A stretch of 64,000 nucleotides of DNA from Curvularia clavata (lineage: Eukaryota), in contig CP089281.1 of the NCBI GenBank assembly GCA_023920165.1, forward strand, positions 930,001-994,000. The letters are read 5' to 3'. Below, one piece after another: positions 50,511-62,738 of this stretch. Numbering within the stretch: position 1 is the stretch's first letter; the number at the start of each line of letters is the position of its first letter. A model generated the notes under the pieces. The model was not told the DNA's origin, made no database searches, and worked only from the letters and a program-made list of their open reading frames with translations. Both the position numbers and the translations under genes were made by a program.

Positions 50511-51362
50511 GGAAAGTGTGACGGGTATCCCTGGAAAGATATATCGTGTTGGTTAAACTTAAGACGACGCCGCAGCGGTTGCTCTAACGGCAAGACGCCA
50601 CTGGTAGCCACACGAGTACAGATGTTGCGCTTTATGGAGATCAAAAGCCAGTCAGAGATTTCATACGTTCATCTGATTGAGGTACGCAGCACTTCATATA
50701 GTGCAGCGCTTGACCGTCAACATTTCAACCCTGTCATGTGACATGTCCTGTATTCCAAAGCTATATTTAGCGCTAGACCGGTGAACGCCAGCCTTGTCGT
50801 TTTTCCCCTTGCATGCGCTGGCACATCCAGTCATGTCATCGCGCGTTTTGCCCTTCCTCGCTTGCCGACTTTTTCATTGGCAACCCGTTTTGCCAGGCCA
50901 GAACCGGTTAAATGTGGAGAGGATTGAATGACTCCTTACCAGGCAACCAACCCTCCTCTCCAGAGCCTCGGGCCATCCTTATCCAATGCAGAATAATTGG
51001 TAGCCATGAGGCAGTGCTGTGTGCTTCAGGCGCCGATTCTGCCTGCTTTGATGCAAATTGTGGAGAAGGATTTTGCACTTTGTCACGCGGTACAGCCTTG
51101 CGGCCTGCACGCCTAACATTGGGGCCAAAAGGCACATGGGTTGCGACAAATATTTTCGAAAATACTTGAAGTGGAAACACCGCAGATATTCTGTTTCTCT
51201 TCTATCTTTCAAATTTTATCTCGAAATCAGTATCATTACTTTGTAAAAGGCTGTGATTGAGGAAAGTCTCGATTGCAACTTAGCAACCAAAACAACACAT
51301 ATTCATCCCAGATCCCTCCTCACATTTTCGACTCTGTTTCACCAAAGGAAGTCATATTGAAC

Positions 51363-51998
51363 ATGGTGTCTTCTCTACTTAACATTGTGCTACGTGGTGC
51401 ACAAGCACTCTTCGGCATCGTCGTACTGGGTCTCAGTGTCACACTTCTCCGCTTTCACCACTTCGGCGACACACCCGCTGGTCTTGGTTACGGTGCCTTC
51501 GTTGGTGGCCTGTCTGTTCTCGGTGCATTGGTTGGATTGGCAGCAACGTGGTTCGACTTCTTGGGTGGCTTTATCGGGCTTGTCGTCGATGCCGTCGTTG
51601 CGCTTGTAAACATTGCTGGCGGAATTGTAAGTGATTTGTTTCTCAATCAGTGTCACGGCTGTGTACATCACATACACAAGAAGCTTCGCTAACCATTTGC
51701 GTAGGTCTTCATCATCAAACTTGGAGGTGCCAAATGCAAACTGTCCGTCGACGATTTGGACAATGCGCGGAAGCTTGTAGGCAACGACTGGTTGAACGGC
51801 GGTTGCCAAAAGGCTTCTAACGGCGGCGAAGTCTGCTGGATCGAATACAAATACTACAATAACCCCGAAAAGGCCGCTGACGTCTTACTGGGCAATTGCA
51901 AGGAGGCCCAAGCTGATTTCGTCTTCATGTTCTTGACGACTGGTGTCATAATCGTCTGTGCGCTGCTGGTATGGCTGAGGATGAGGAGGGGTTATTAA
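51363..51998 (+). CDS. MARVEL-domain four-TM membrane protein
   Basis: VLRGAQALFGIVVLGLSVTL...YGAFVGG...VDAVVALVNIAGGI|VFIIKL..C...CKEAQADFVFMF; intron 51627-51704. Confidence 0.85.
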
Positions 51999-52558
51999 GA
52001 AAGATGAAGCCAACGGTAAGATCATCTTTCAGGACCTACTCAGATGCCAGAGTGCTAACTTGGAACAGTTCCTACGTGACTCAATGAGCATGTGCTCAAA
52101 GCGTTCAGTACTACGGGGTTGTGTGCGCCGCCAGCTGCCATAGCATCCGAAGCGAGTACAGTGTAATGTTGTTTTTTAGTGTGCGATACCCGAATTCTCC
52201 GTAAGATTGTTGTTTGCTTATCAAGGGGAAGGGATACCAGAATCGGATGTAATATGTGCTTAACGAATGATGTGGACGCGATATATAGTATTACCGCCTA
52301 TCGAATGATATTAACGAACCTAGATTATGTGTGTTTCTTGTACCCGTCTCGTGAAACACGGTATCACGCTTTCAGTGATACACATATGCCATCGAAAAGC
52401 AGATTCTGTAGCCACACCCCGCCTCTGTATGTATCTATTCGCGTTGTACTGAAAACAAACGTAACCTTTTTTCTGGCCTTTCTCAAGTCTCTTCACCTCC
52501 ATATCGCCTGCTTCCCAATATTTGCGATCCCTTTGCAGAACTCAGCCCACTAGCCATC

Positions 52559-53233
52559 ATGCCAACACCGACATCTCATGACTCGATCTTTCCAATAATT
52601 GTCCTAAGAGCAATCCAAGCAGTATTCAGTGTCCTTGTACTCTCCCTCTCTATTCATCTCATCACGAGCTATGAAGACAATGGAGACCCGCTCTCAAAAC
52701 TCATCTGCGTTGCCGCTCTCGCAGGCCTTTTGTCCTTGATCACTTCGCTCACGTTCGCCGCATCCACATCGCGCCCGTTTCTGCGGCTGTGGGTGCTTCC
52801 TCTAGGAGACGGTGTTGTGTTCTTACTCAAATTTCTCGTAGGAGTAGTAAGTACTCACTATCTCACTAAAGCCTCATTTGTTGGATATTTTATCTTCTTC
52901 TTTTCGGGTCGCATCTTTGATCTAGTACAGCTCATCAGCTAATTTTGAGGCAACCAGCTATTTGCCAAACGGCTCAAAAGCATATCGTGCCATCGTCGGT
53001 ATGAAGACCTGACAGCACAGGCAGATATGATATGCGAAGACTCTGAAGTAGGTGATCACTCAACGTACTACGCCTGTATGAACGCCTATCTTCACGCTAT
53101 CAAGGCCGCAGATCGTTACTGTGTGATTGTCACTACCGGCACAGTGTTTGTGTTCGCTACGGCGGTGGTGCTAGCAATTATCGGGCTGGTAACTTACACA
53201 AGGATAGGAAAGGTACAGTCGGTTGCGAGATAA
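52559..53233 (+). CDS. Diverged MARVEL-like four-TM protein, tandem paralog
   Basis: VLRAIQAVFSVLVLSLSIHL...DGVVFLLKFLVGV|LFAKRL..C...C.....VF; intron ~52847-52957 at the equivalent position. Confidence 0.72.
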
Positions 53234-53277
53234 GTGTTTGAATAGGAACGGTATATCAACGAATGCGGTATTAGCTG

Positions 53278-54373
53278 CTAGGAAACAGTTTCGACACCAT
53301 CAAACCAGGGATTGTTCAACGCCTGACAGGCTGTAAGCCGCTGTGCGGGGTCCAGGTTGTTCAATCCTCGTATCAAGTCTTTGAACGTCGAGTCGACATC
53401 TGTCCATTCCGAAAACGACACATAGGGGATATAATCTGCCACTCGATCTTCCCATAGCATTCCAAGAATCTCGCAATTTAACTCCTCGTCACCAACATGC
53501 TTCATGAGCCCATTCGACCCGTCTTCGTCACCAAAATACGAAATTTGGCGCTGCAGGTGAATGAATGCAGGGAATGCGCCTTTGGATTCATGGAGTCTGA
53601 GGTCATCATCAACCCCCATTATAACCCGTCCGAGGATAGAATAGATACACTTGGTGGATTAGCAATAATAATTTTTTATTCAGATTAGCACCTACCAACA
53701 ATCCAAATGAATACATTTCAGATAGTGTATTAAGCTCGCCCTTAAAGTGACCCTCAGGACTTCGCTAGTTGTCATTTCCAGACAACATTCCTTTGATGCA
53801 TCTAGGCTTTGGGAGATATGCTGCATTCTCAAGATCAGAGATTTGTACTTTTTCGACAGCGATATCTAGGTGAGTGTCATGGTAGTTGACCAAAATATTG
53901 TCAGGTTTGACATCTAAAGATTATTGATCAATTATGCTGACTGTGTGAAGAGCCAGGCTGATAGGCTAAATGGACGATACTGTAGTCATGCAAATCTGCC
54001 ATACCTTCCAGAAGACCTTTGAGAATTGCCTTCCGAGCTAGACCTAAAAGATCATCGTCCAGGTATTCATACACAAATATGCGCTGATCCGGATGGTATC
54101 CAATGGTAGTCGTATGCGAGGAGATTGAGGAAGCCTTGGTCGAATGTCCTCGTTGAAGGCTGAGAACATGTTCCGGGGTATGTCTTTCAGTGTAGATTTA
54201 TTATTCCCAGATCTAAAAGTGCATTAGCTTTATCCAAGGATATGCGATATGGGAGGGTGCTCGAATGATGCGAACCAAATGCGACCAGTGTAGGGTCTTT
54301 CCTGGATCAGCTTTTGAAAGAGATAATCACGTCCGCTTGAACAAGTCACATTCAAGAACTTAGATGTTTTCAT
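53278..54373 (-). pseudogene. Decayed Ser/Thr protein kinase
   Basis: FQKLIQERPYTGRIWFA, LKDIP, RIFVYEYLDDDL, GMADLHDYSIVHL|DVKPDNILV, QISDLENAA, GNDN*RSPEGHF, DLIRGLNNLDPAQRLTACQALNNPWF; TAG at 53765-53767, two frameshifts and two introns lacking GT donors. Confidence 0.85.
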
Positions 54374-54831
54374 TTCGAAGCTTGCTCAAGGCATGTCCTT
54401 CTCACTGCGGGTGATGCAGGGTATGACCGTTGAGAAGGGCCAGCCGACTTAAGTAGCGAGTCTTAGCATCACGACTTAGCATAGCCGACAAAGCATGAAA
54501 TTGGGACAAGGACGAATATCTCTTCTGAACAGCCGGTTAGATTAGGTAAATCGAAGTTGTTGTGACAGTGCAGAGTAAAGATCACAGAAGTGCGTGTTGC
54601 TCTTAGTATTTTAAATATCGCACTTTCTGCAGATCATACAAAGGACCACAAGCAGCATGGTGAAGATATATTTTCATTTCAAAACTCACTAATCGCCTAT
54701 TCTTATGCATATCCTCGCTCCATCGGGCCTCTCATCAAATCCCATACCAACGCCACTTATGCACAACCTTTGGTCATCTCTACTCCAACTTGGCTGATCA
54801 CGCCGCGCTATACGAACGCATCGACATTGAT

Positions 54832-55011
54832 TTAGACTGGGCAGGACTACAAGAATCATCAGTAATGCCCTAATGAAAAGCACTGAAGGATATTCGTGAA
54901 AGGACTTACGCTGCCGCAAGAGGAGCAAGTCTTGGTATCACCGTTGATAGCAGCACCGCACTTGGGGCAGCCGCTGTTGTGGAAGTTGACGGGGGCGGAA
55001 GTAGACTGCAT
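54832..55011 (-). CDS. 38-aa Cys-rich zinc-ribbon microprotein
   Basis: Exon 55011-54910, intron 54909-54847 (GTAAGT...CTGAT...GTAG), exon 54846-54832: MQSTSAPVNFHNSGCPKCGAAINGDTKTCSSCGSSCPV; AAAATG start context. Confidence 0.78.
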
Positions 55012-55398
55012 TTTGATTCTCTCCGAGATTGCTTCGTTCGTTGGTATGATGTGAAGTTTAATATGCACAAAGTTGTGGTTTGACAGTTTGCTGATAGCTC
55101 AGGCTGGAGGGGTAAAGTGGGGTTGATATAGTAGCGAACTTCTGCAGGGTCAGGCAGCTGCGGCAAGCTTAGGGAGCTAGTGCACTATCTATGTATCTGT
55201 CAGATGATTCCGCGCGGTAAGTGCGCTGGCTATCGTAATTGGATAGGTGAGTGGGGGCGTGCGAGATGGGACGAGCCGGTGAGGGGATGGGTAGCTAGAC
55301 TGTATAGTGAGATACGTAAAAGGACCGAGGAGATGAGACTGCGTGAAGACGAACGTCCGGCTAGCAGCAAAGACACGCCTCTTGATTTCTTATGTTTC

Positions 55399-56223
55399 TC
55401 AACGAACGTGACAGATGACCTGTCCATTAATAACAGCAAACCAGCCGTCTTCCTTCTTCTCCATCTCTCTGAACGTCGCAGAAATCTCCTCGAGATCTTG
55501 ATTAGTCGCATGGCCGCTATCCAACGCTCTCTGCTTGTAATCGCTCTTGACGGTCCTATCAGCCCAGAGACCACACCAGAACTCCCTCTCTTCCGGCGTG
55601 CTAAACGTCCAAGCAGCTACACTAGCCTCGATATCACTCCTTGGAAAGCCAGCCTTCAAAGCCACCGCATGGAGTTCCTTACCCATGTTTGGATATGCCT
55701 TGAGCCCAAGTGCGACTTTGATATATAACTCCTTCCACTTGTGCATCCCGGGATGATCTGGGTACCAGTCCATCGCACTGTAGTTACAGTCACGGATCGC
55801 AAGGATGCCGCCAACCTTGGCTAGGCGCTTCATCTCCTTCATCGCACCTAGCGGATCTTGCAGATGCTGTAGCACCTGATGCGCGTGTACAACATCAAAA
55901 CCTTGCTCGTCTACGCCTTCAAGTTTACTCCACTCAAAGATGTCGCCGACCTCGAAACGCACGTTTGTAATACCCCTTTCTTCCGCATGCTTCCGTGCTT
56001 TGTCAATGACTTCGGCTGAGGGATCGATGGCGTAAACAAAGCCCTGCGGGACTCGAGCAGCGAGATCGACGCTGATGGTACCAGGGCCGCAGCCAACATC
56101 CAGTATCTTGAGCGAAGGATTATCGAGGTAAGGCAAGAGATGAGGACATGAATTTTCCACGGTGCGCCAACTATGAGAGCGAAGGACCGAAGCGTGATGG
56201 CCGTGAAGGTATGGTCCGGACAT
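55399..56223 (-). CDS. Class I SAM-dependent methyltransferase (UbiE/COQ5-like)
   Basis: YLHGHHASVLRSHSWRT, ILDVGCGPGTISVDLA, FDVVHAHQVLQHLQDP..AMKEMKRLAKVGG; intronless. Confidence 0.92.
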   Translation of the reverse strand: MSGPYLHGHHASVLRSHSWRTVENSCPHLLPYLDNPSLKILDVGCGPGTISVDLAARVPQGFVYAIDPSAEVIDKARKHAEERGITNVRFEVGDIFEWSKLEGVDEQGFDVVHAHQVLQHLQDPLGAMKEMKRLAKVGGILAIRDCNYSAMDWYPDHPGMHKWKELYIKVALGLKAYPNMGKELHAVALKAGFPRSDIEASVAAWTFSTPEEREFWCGLWADRTVKSDYKQRALDSGHATNQDLEEISATFREMEKKEDGWFAVINGQVICHVR

Positions 56224-58330
56224 GGCGGATTCGGTGTTGTTATGAACAAAAGTCTCTATACGGTGTAGAGTAAGTGATCTGTATGAGTTTGCGAGACCCA
56301 GGGGTTCTAGGCAGCAGATATACCACTATGCCGATGGTAGCTGTAGCTATGATTAGTGCCGGGATTAAGAGAAGATTACTTGTGTTCTTTATATAGTTCC
56401 GGAGTCATCCTGAGCATAGAGCCCAGGATGCCGAGATCGCAGGACCTTTGCTGAAGAAATGACTGCATCGCTCGACATGTTGCGAGAACGGAGTATTGTG
56501 ATGGTTACTGAGGTGAGGGCAGCCGGTACTCCTAGTCCGATCATCGGCCATCTCGGTACTCCCCGCTAGGTACGTCATGCGCACCCTGTCCTTTCTGCCA
56601 TCAATCCCACATCGGTCTTGCAGAGACGAATTGATAAGAATATATAAATCCAATGCCAGTAAGTTGCATAGGTACGAATCGATGTGTACTGAGAGTCCAT
56701 GTGGATGTAGTAGTGTGGTACAAACATTCATGGTATGCACTCCTAAACATCCCAGTTCAACTAGGAACGTGAAAAAGAACAATTTAATCCAAGAGAGAAT
56801 CATCATGCACACTTATAATTGGTATGAATGCACACTATTTGCCTCGCTCAATTCATTTATCATCCTTTTGTAATGAAGAATGAATAGCTTCTTAGCCGGT
56901 AGTACAGGTACCAATTAATCGCATTCTACTTTGACTGAGTCTATGATACTTGCGTGAAACAACCATCGATTCTTGGCTATCAAAACTTCTAAACGAGAAA
57001 GAACTCGGTTGCAATTTGAACATGCTGCCCCCGAGGTGCGGGCGTGTGGATGACAGGGATAAACTGTAGGTTTACTTAAATCAATTTGACAGCCTTCTGA
57101 GTTGGAAGAACAAGTAACAATGGAGCCCTGATATGTAAACCCTGGTGGTCCTTCCTACGAGCTGATGTTTACAACCCGGGTGACACATAAGAAAAGCAAG
57201 TTCTCAAGGGAGTATGGAGCACTCGATGATTAGATTCACATCATAAAACAGCCCATTTATTTAATTAAATGTGGAAGAGGACGTCCTAAGAGGCCAATGT
57301 CGCTGATCTCTCAGACAATGTTTTCGATATGTTCTGGATATGAGCATCTCTAGCTCAAGCCATCCATCCCATGCCTAGAGTGATACTGGTCAAATAATTC
57401 GGTCGCCTTCGTAAATACAAGACACCAAGCAGTAAAAGTGATACGAAAGTCATTAATGCTGCAACTGCTGCTGAAATATGTTGTGACTATGCGCCCATAT
57501 TCTCTAGTTCCATAACGACACACAAGATCGAAGATACTATACTTGATCAAGGGAGTATTGTTGCGAAGCGGAGGAGTATCCTGACGATAGGTCATCTTTT
57601 AGACTGACGGAAACACTCACCTACTTATAGAGACTAGCCTTTGCCCAAGTCCTCGGCGACTCCGTACAGACACTACGTATACCCCGCCCTCGCCCAGTCC
57701 TAACCCGAGGTCGATGAAACGGTGTGATGTGCAGTGCATACTGCTCCTTGCCTGCACATCTTCCGCCGACCGGGTAAGCATCTCTCCGTCTTCTTACCTT
57801 ACTCCGAATCCGGCAAAGAGCCCATACAAGCTATTCAGCCGCAACATCGCTTCGCACGATCTAGTAGGTGCCGTGGCAATCTAGCCTCCGAAAAGGCCAG
57901 CGCATACACCATCAATATAGCACAGCAGGCTGAGTAGTCACACGCTTCGTGCGCAAGACGTTGTGCAGAGCCTTCCTTCGAATCAAACCCTTCCATAGAA
58001 TCAACATAGAACAACACACGTCCGCGGGCCAAGGACCTCATGACCCCACACCCGTCTCACGAATATATCGTACCTATCAAAGCAAACATGCTGGTACCCA
58101 TCCAGCCAGCCATTCCTCCATCCATATACCCCTGTCGCTTCGCCCCGGCCCATAACCACGAGACCCGCCCTGCGCTAGTCCCAAAACAGACAATGGTACT
58201 CGGTAACCGCTCTAAACAATCTCGCCATCAGAAAGGGAAAACCCTCCTCTACCATATTCCGCCCAACATTTTCACCTGCACGTATATGAATCAGCAACAC
58301 GAAGGGAGGCTGGACTAGGCTCCACAACCC

Positions 58331-58586
58331 CAATGCATGATGTGTTGCGAATGCCACTTGAGGAAAACGGGCTTTTTCCCCTTTCCGCCTGGTTTCTACT
58401 GCTTTTGTCGTACGTTCGCTTGCCTGGTGCATATGCAGTGGTTTGAACAAGCAAAATTACCATGGCCAAAGCAAGGAAGATGTGAAAGGGCAAAAAACAA
58501 AGTTATGCATGACCCTCTTTTTTGTGTCCGTTTTACCCAGAAGGGCAGTTTGGATAAAAGGTGTTGATTGCGGGACTGAGGCATTG
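58331..58586 (+). ncRNA. Candidate long box C/D-like snoRNA
   Basis: Terminal stem CAATGC/GCATTG flanking a C-like box ATGATGT (58337-58343) and D box CTGA (58576-58579); two internal hairpins; branch site GCTAAC and CAG acceptor downstream (58792-58806). No target identified. Confidence 0.45.
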
Positions 58587-58935
58587 TCCGTTTTGGAGAT
58601 AGGCTTGAAATGGTGGGCGGGGTGCTTTTGGGGTACGTGATGTACGCCGGTGTAATGGAATATGCATGGCGGTGGTGGTGTGGATGTATCGCAGTGCACA
58701 CCAGTGGCACGGTGCATACATAGTATCTAGACTCACTCTTGTTGTTTTGCAAAGATGAGGTTGAGGAGACCCGACACGCAGGATGAATATGGCTAACGAC
58801 ACACAGGGTGTTGGATACAATTCACGTCGAGTCTAAGAAGAAACAATTGCCATTGCCCAGCTACGCCGTCTCCATGGCATGTTACCGACATAACCGCCGC
58901 TCCCATCTATACCACTAGTACTACTAATACACACA

Positions 58936-61846
58936 TCACGCCGTTTGAGTTATGCCAGCCTCGCGCGTGGATACATTCTCGCTCCTCACAGGGCTACTTT
59001 CCGCACTTCCTTCAGCAACTGGGGCTTCAACTACAAACAGTGTCTCTTCTTGCATGTCATCCCTCGTTGAATTCGAGGCCTGACTTCCACGTCGGTTGGG
59101 TGTGCCCAGAGTCACACTCTGTTGTCTCCCTCTCCTCTTTGGTAAAGGCGGTGGCACCGTCGCAAGGTCACTGGCCGCGGAACTCGTCCTACGTCTCATT
59201 TCACGGAACATCTCTTCGCCGTCTTCTGTGGCCGGTCGCGCATCTTGGCCTGGAAAGTGTGCTGCAGGAAGCAACGACGCCGCTCCAAGGGGACCTCTAG
59301 GGCTGTCCAGATCTTCCAGTGATTGCTTGCTTACGAGCGTAGGAGAGGTAGCGACGGGTTTCCGTTTTGTAAGGTTCGCAAATGTAGAGCTGGCTGCCGC
59401 GGGGATGGCCCAAGTTTGCCTCTTATCATTCTTGGGCAAGGGGAGCGGAGTCCCAGGAGGCGGAAGCGGCTGGCCCCTGCCCATGGGTTCGGTATGTGAT
59501 TTGGAAATTGATGATGGGGATTGAGGTGGTGGCCGAGAATCCTGTGCTGCCTCTAAAGTGATATTTGGGCCTTCGGATGTTGGCGGCCTGTTGTTAGCAT
59601 TGGCTTTGTTGTTTTGCTTCGCAGCTAGCCAACTCCTTGCCGCTGCTGTGGCTGAGTTGAGAGATTGGTTCAAAGTCTGTTTTCTTGACTGCATACTGCT
59701 CACTCCTGCCGCAGCTGCCGCTGCCGTAGCAATTTCTTGCTCAGATAGGTCTTTTGACTTGGTGCGCGTATGAATCTGGTCGGCCTTGGAAACTGGCGCG
59801 GATGATGTGCTCACTCCGGATATCGAAGCTGCAGACACATCCTCTGAAGAGCTTGCTGAAGACCCGGTTGGTTGGCGTGTGGTGTTAGGTCGCATAGGAG
59901 AGCGCGTGGGCGTTGTGACAGGTAGCGACCGAACGCTTGCTGGTGTTGATCCTTGCTCGTGGAATATCTCGGCGGAAGCATTCGCTGAGTCGACTTTCAC
60001 TTGAGCCGCCGAAGATGTGGATCGCATTGGACGTGGCCTTATTGATGAGGACGACGATTTGTGGTCTGCTGAGGAAGACACCCCAATACTCACTTCCTCC
60101 GAATCCATACCGGAAGCAATAGAGAAGTGAGTGCTGGTAGAATCGCTCTTCTCATCAAGTCTTTCCGCATCAGAGATTGCAGCCTCCAATGTAGCGTCCT
60201 CCTGATCGACTTTGTCTGCGTCTCTGTCCCCATCCTGGTGGGTATCTTCCCAGATTCCGCCTCTTATGGCTTGCGCTACAGTGTCGGTAAAGGGCATGTC
60301 ATCCCAGTTGGGAAGTACCAAAGTTTCGTTAACCACTTCTCTTATCCGACTTTCAATCGCCCTCAGCACGACGCCATAGGTAATCTGTCGTGAGCTCACA
60401 ATAGGCTCAAGCGAAAATTCCATCTTGGGCGGCGTCTCAAAAGTCATCCAAAGCCTGTTACTTGGTGGTGGCTTGACCCTGATGAGAATGTGACCATCCA
60501 GCCTCTTCAATACCGTAGCCAAAATGAGTGTCACCTCGCGGGCCTTGAAGCGCGTGCCGAGATCTATGCGCACGGTGGCCGATACTTCAATGGAGAAGTT
60601 GCCTTTGTAGCTGACGTCAGCTTCAACAATAAGATCACCATCCACGGTCAGCTCTTTCAGCTTCGGGTTCGTGATAAAGGGCGGTAGAATGCCCATGTCG
60701 ACTTTGCGTAACTGCACGCTACTGATGATGGCGGGTTTGGGGACGCGGGCTATCTTCTTGTTGATTTTGGTTGCGATAAACTCCTTGATCTGTGTGGTTT
60801 TATACATTGCCAAAAATAATCTGCCAATGAGGGCGTTGATCCAACGAGTGTGGAGATTCTCTTCTGAGGCGTGTAATTGTTGGACCAGTTTTACGAGATC
60901 AGGAGTATCAAACTTCAACGGAATAGACTGCGAATCAGTATTTGAAGGGTCCTTCTGATTTTCTTGAGCATGTAGCATAGCATGATAGAAGTCTTCTTTC
61001 TCAGAACAATTGTCAGAGAAGAGGAAGAACTCTTTTGGAGTTGCAGTGCTGTCATCGTTTAGTTTTTGAACCATTCGAATGCCTAGGTTTGTCAGTACGA
61101 AGAGTGAAACTAAGTGATTGTATGCAGGGGCGTACAGTTTCTTTTGATCCAAAGCTCGCCCTCAGGTATGCGCTCCCCACCTCCATATATGTCCACTTGG
61201 TAATGGGCCAGCGATATGACATGCCGAACCTCGAGCTGATCTTCGTTGTCGTAGAGCATGAGGTGCCCAAGGCTGATGTACAGTCAGTGGTAGATCCTGT
61301 CGGGTTGCTCGCACAGCCAACATACCGCAAGACTACATAGAAGACATTCCGTGCCTTCTTGTTTTTGTTATTCGAAGCATCTATTGTCGGGCTCATGGTC
61401 TTGTTCCGATCGAAGATACTTCTGTACATGGACTGGTACACGCTGGGACTCTCCACCGCCACAACCGTACCCGCCGGAGTGGTTCGATCTGGAGGTTTAC
61501 CATTAACGCCGCCGGGCACATACTCTCGGCATACAGCAAAGTATCCTGCGCAGACATCCGGCTCATGCGTCCTGCCTTTCAGCTTCTCAAGTATCTCCTC
61601 GTCTATTGCTGCGCCCAAGTGTGCATCATCATGTCCCTTCCCATTTACCGATTCGTTCGATTTCCGGCGGGGTTGCGAAGCCCGTCCGTTCTCTGTGGAA
61701 GTCGCATCGGTATCATTCAGTTCAACAGGCGTGGTGCACCAGAACCATGCAACCGCAAGAACAGCAGGTAAGAGTGTCAGCCCTCCAATGAGATAGCCCC
61801 AGATAAAGATCTTGAACACAGTCCCATACCCCCAGTCCCCGCCCAT
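58936..61846 (-). CDS. NVJ2: PH + SMP-domain membrane contact site protein, Nvj2/TEX2-like
   Basis: N-terminal TM (IWGYLIGGLTLLP), PH-like FYVVLR|LGHLMLYD...ELWIKRNC, CSEKEDFY, SMP domain TRWINALIGRLFL...VKPPPSNRLW..FETPP...PIVSSRQIT...ETLVLPNWDD; two introns near 61084-61326. Confidence 0.9.
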
Positions 61847-62738
61847 GTTGCGTTACGTGTCAAGGTATATTGTCAATCATCCCTCGCCATACAAGGTGTG
61901 CGGCTCGAAGCTCAGCGTGCGATTTGGGCGAGCAACGTGTTCTGATGCATCGGCCGAGAGTATTGTAGCCGTTCGTATGGACCCGGATAAATCGGCGCGT
62001 CGAAGCAGGTACTATGGTAGCGAATGACGTTCGTGAAAGCAATCGGGCGGTGGTCTTTGGAGGCCAGCCGGAGGATCAAGACAAAAGCAAAAAGCGAGCC
62101 CCTTTGCGAGAAGTATAGTCCTCAGGTGAAGCACTAGTGACAGCAGTCATCTGATGCGAGGCTGGCCGTTGGAGCTAAACCATGCAATCGACGGGGTGAT
62201 GCCGGGGCCGGAGTAATCAATGCTCCACCGTGACGCTGATCCGCGCTAAGCGAACCCTCCCGCCTGGCTATGACGGCATCTGCCGGCATGGCATTGCCCC
62301 CGTCCTATGTAGCTCCCAACGACGCAGCGCCCCCAGCATACATACACCAAGTGCGGTAATAAACAGGAAGGTCTCAGCACGCTACAGGAACTGTCGGTGA
62401 GTTGTTGACCATTCTAAGCGGCATGGCGGCCAGTCAGCGAAGGCGGGGTCGAGATTGCCGAACCCTGTCGTAGAACCGCACATGTAGAGTTTCTATCATA
62501 CTTTAATTAGAAACGCGAAGTTTAAGATAGCTAAGCGTTGCTATGAATTCAGTCGCCTAGCTGGCGCAAATTCATTGACCCAGAAGTGGCTGCGAACACG
62601 AACTGACGTGGGTTACACAGAATGTGCAGCACTTGCGCTGGTCTGCCACATCACCAATATTTGAACAGTCCCCGAGATTTGTATTCGGACAGATAGAACT
62701 CGTGGCCAAGAAAGGATAAACCCGACATTTCCGCCGCC

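Noticed and set aside
15370..53767. TAG at conserved Trp codons in the esterase and kinase as A-to-I editing-restored stops
   Set aside because: Both loci also carry frameshifts, other stops or lost splice donors that editing cannot repair.
46133..56223. ACAD + methyltransferase + membrane proteins as a secondary-metabolite cluster
   Set aside because: No PKS, NRPS, terpene synthase or pathway regulator is present in the window.
57690..58600. Telomerase RNA (CCTAACCC near 57699; CAACCCCAA at ~58325; pseudoknot-like CGGGC-UUUUU-CCCUUUC...GAAAGGG)
   Set aside because: An 8-nt template match is expected by chance in a gap this size, CAACCCCAA would not template TTAGGG, the same bases fit a simple hairpin, and no CR4/5 element was recognisable.
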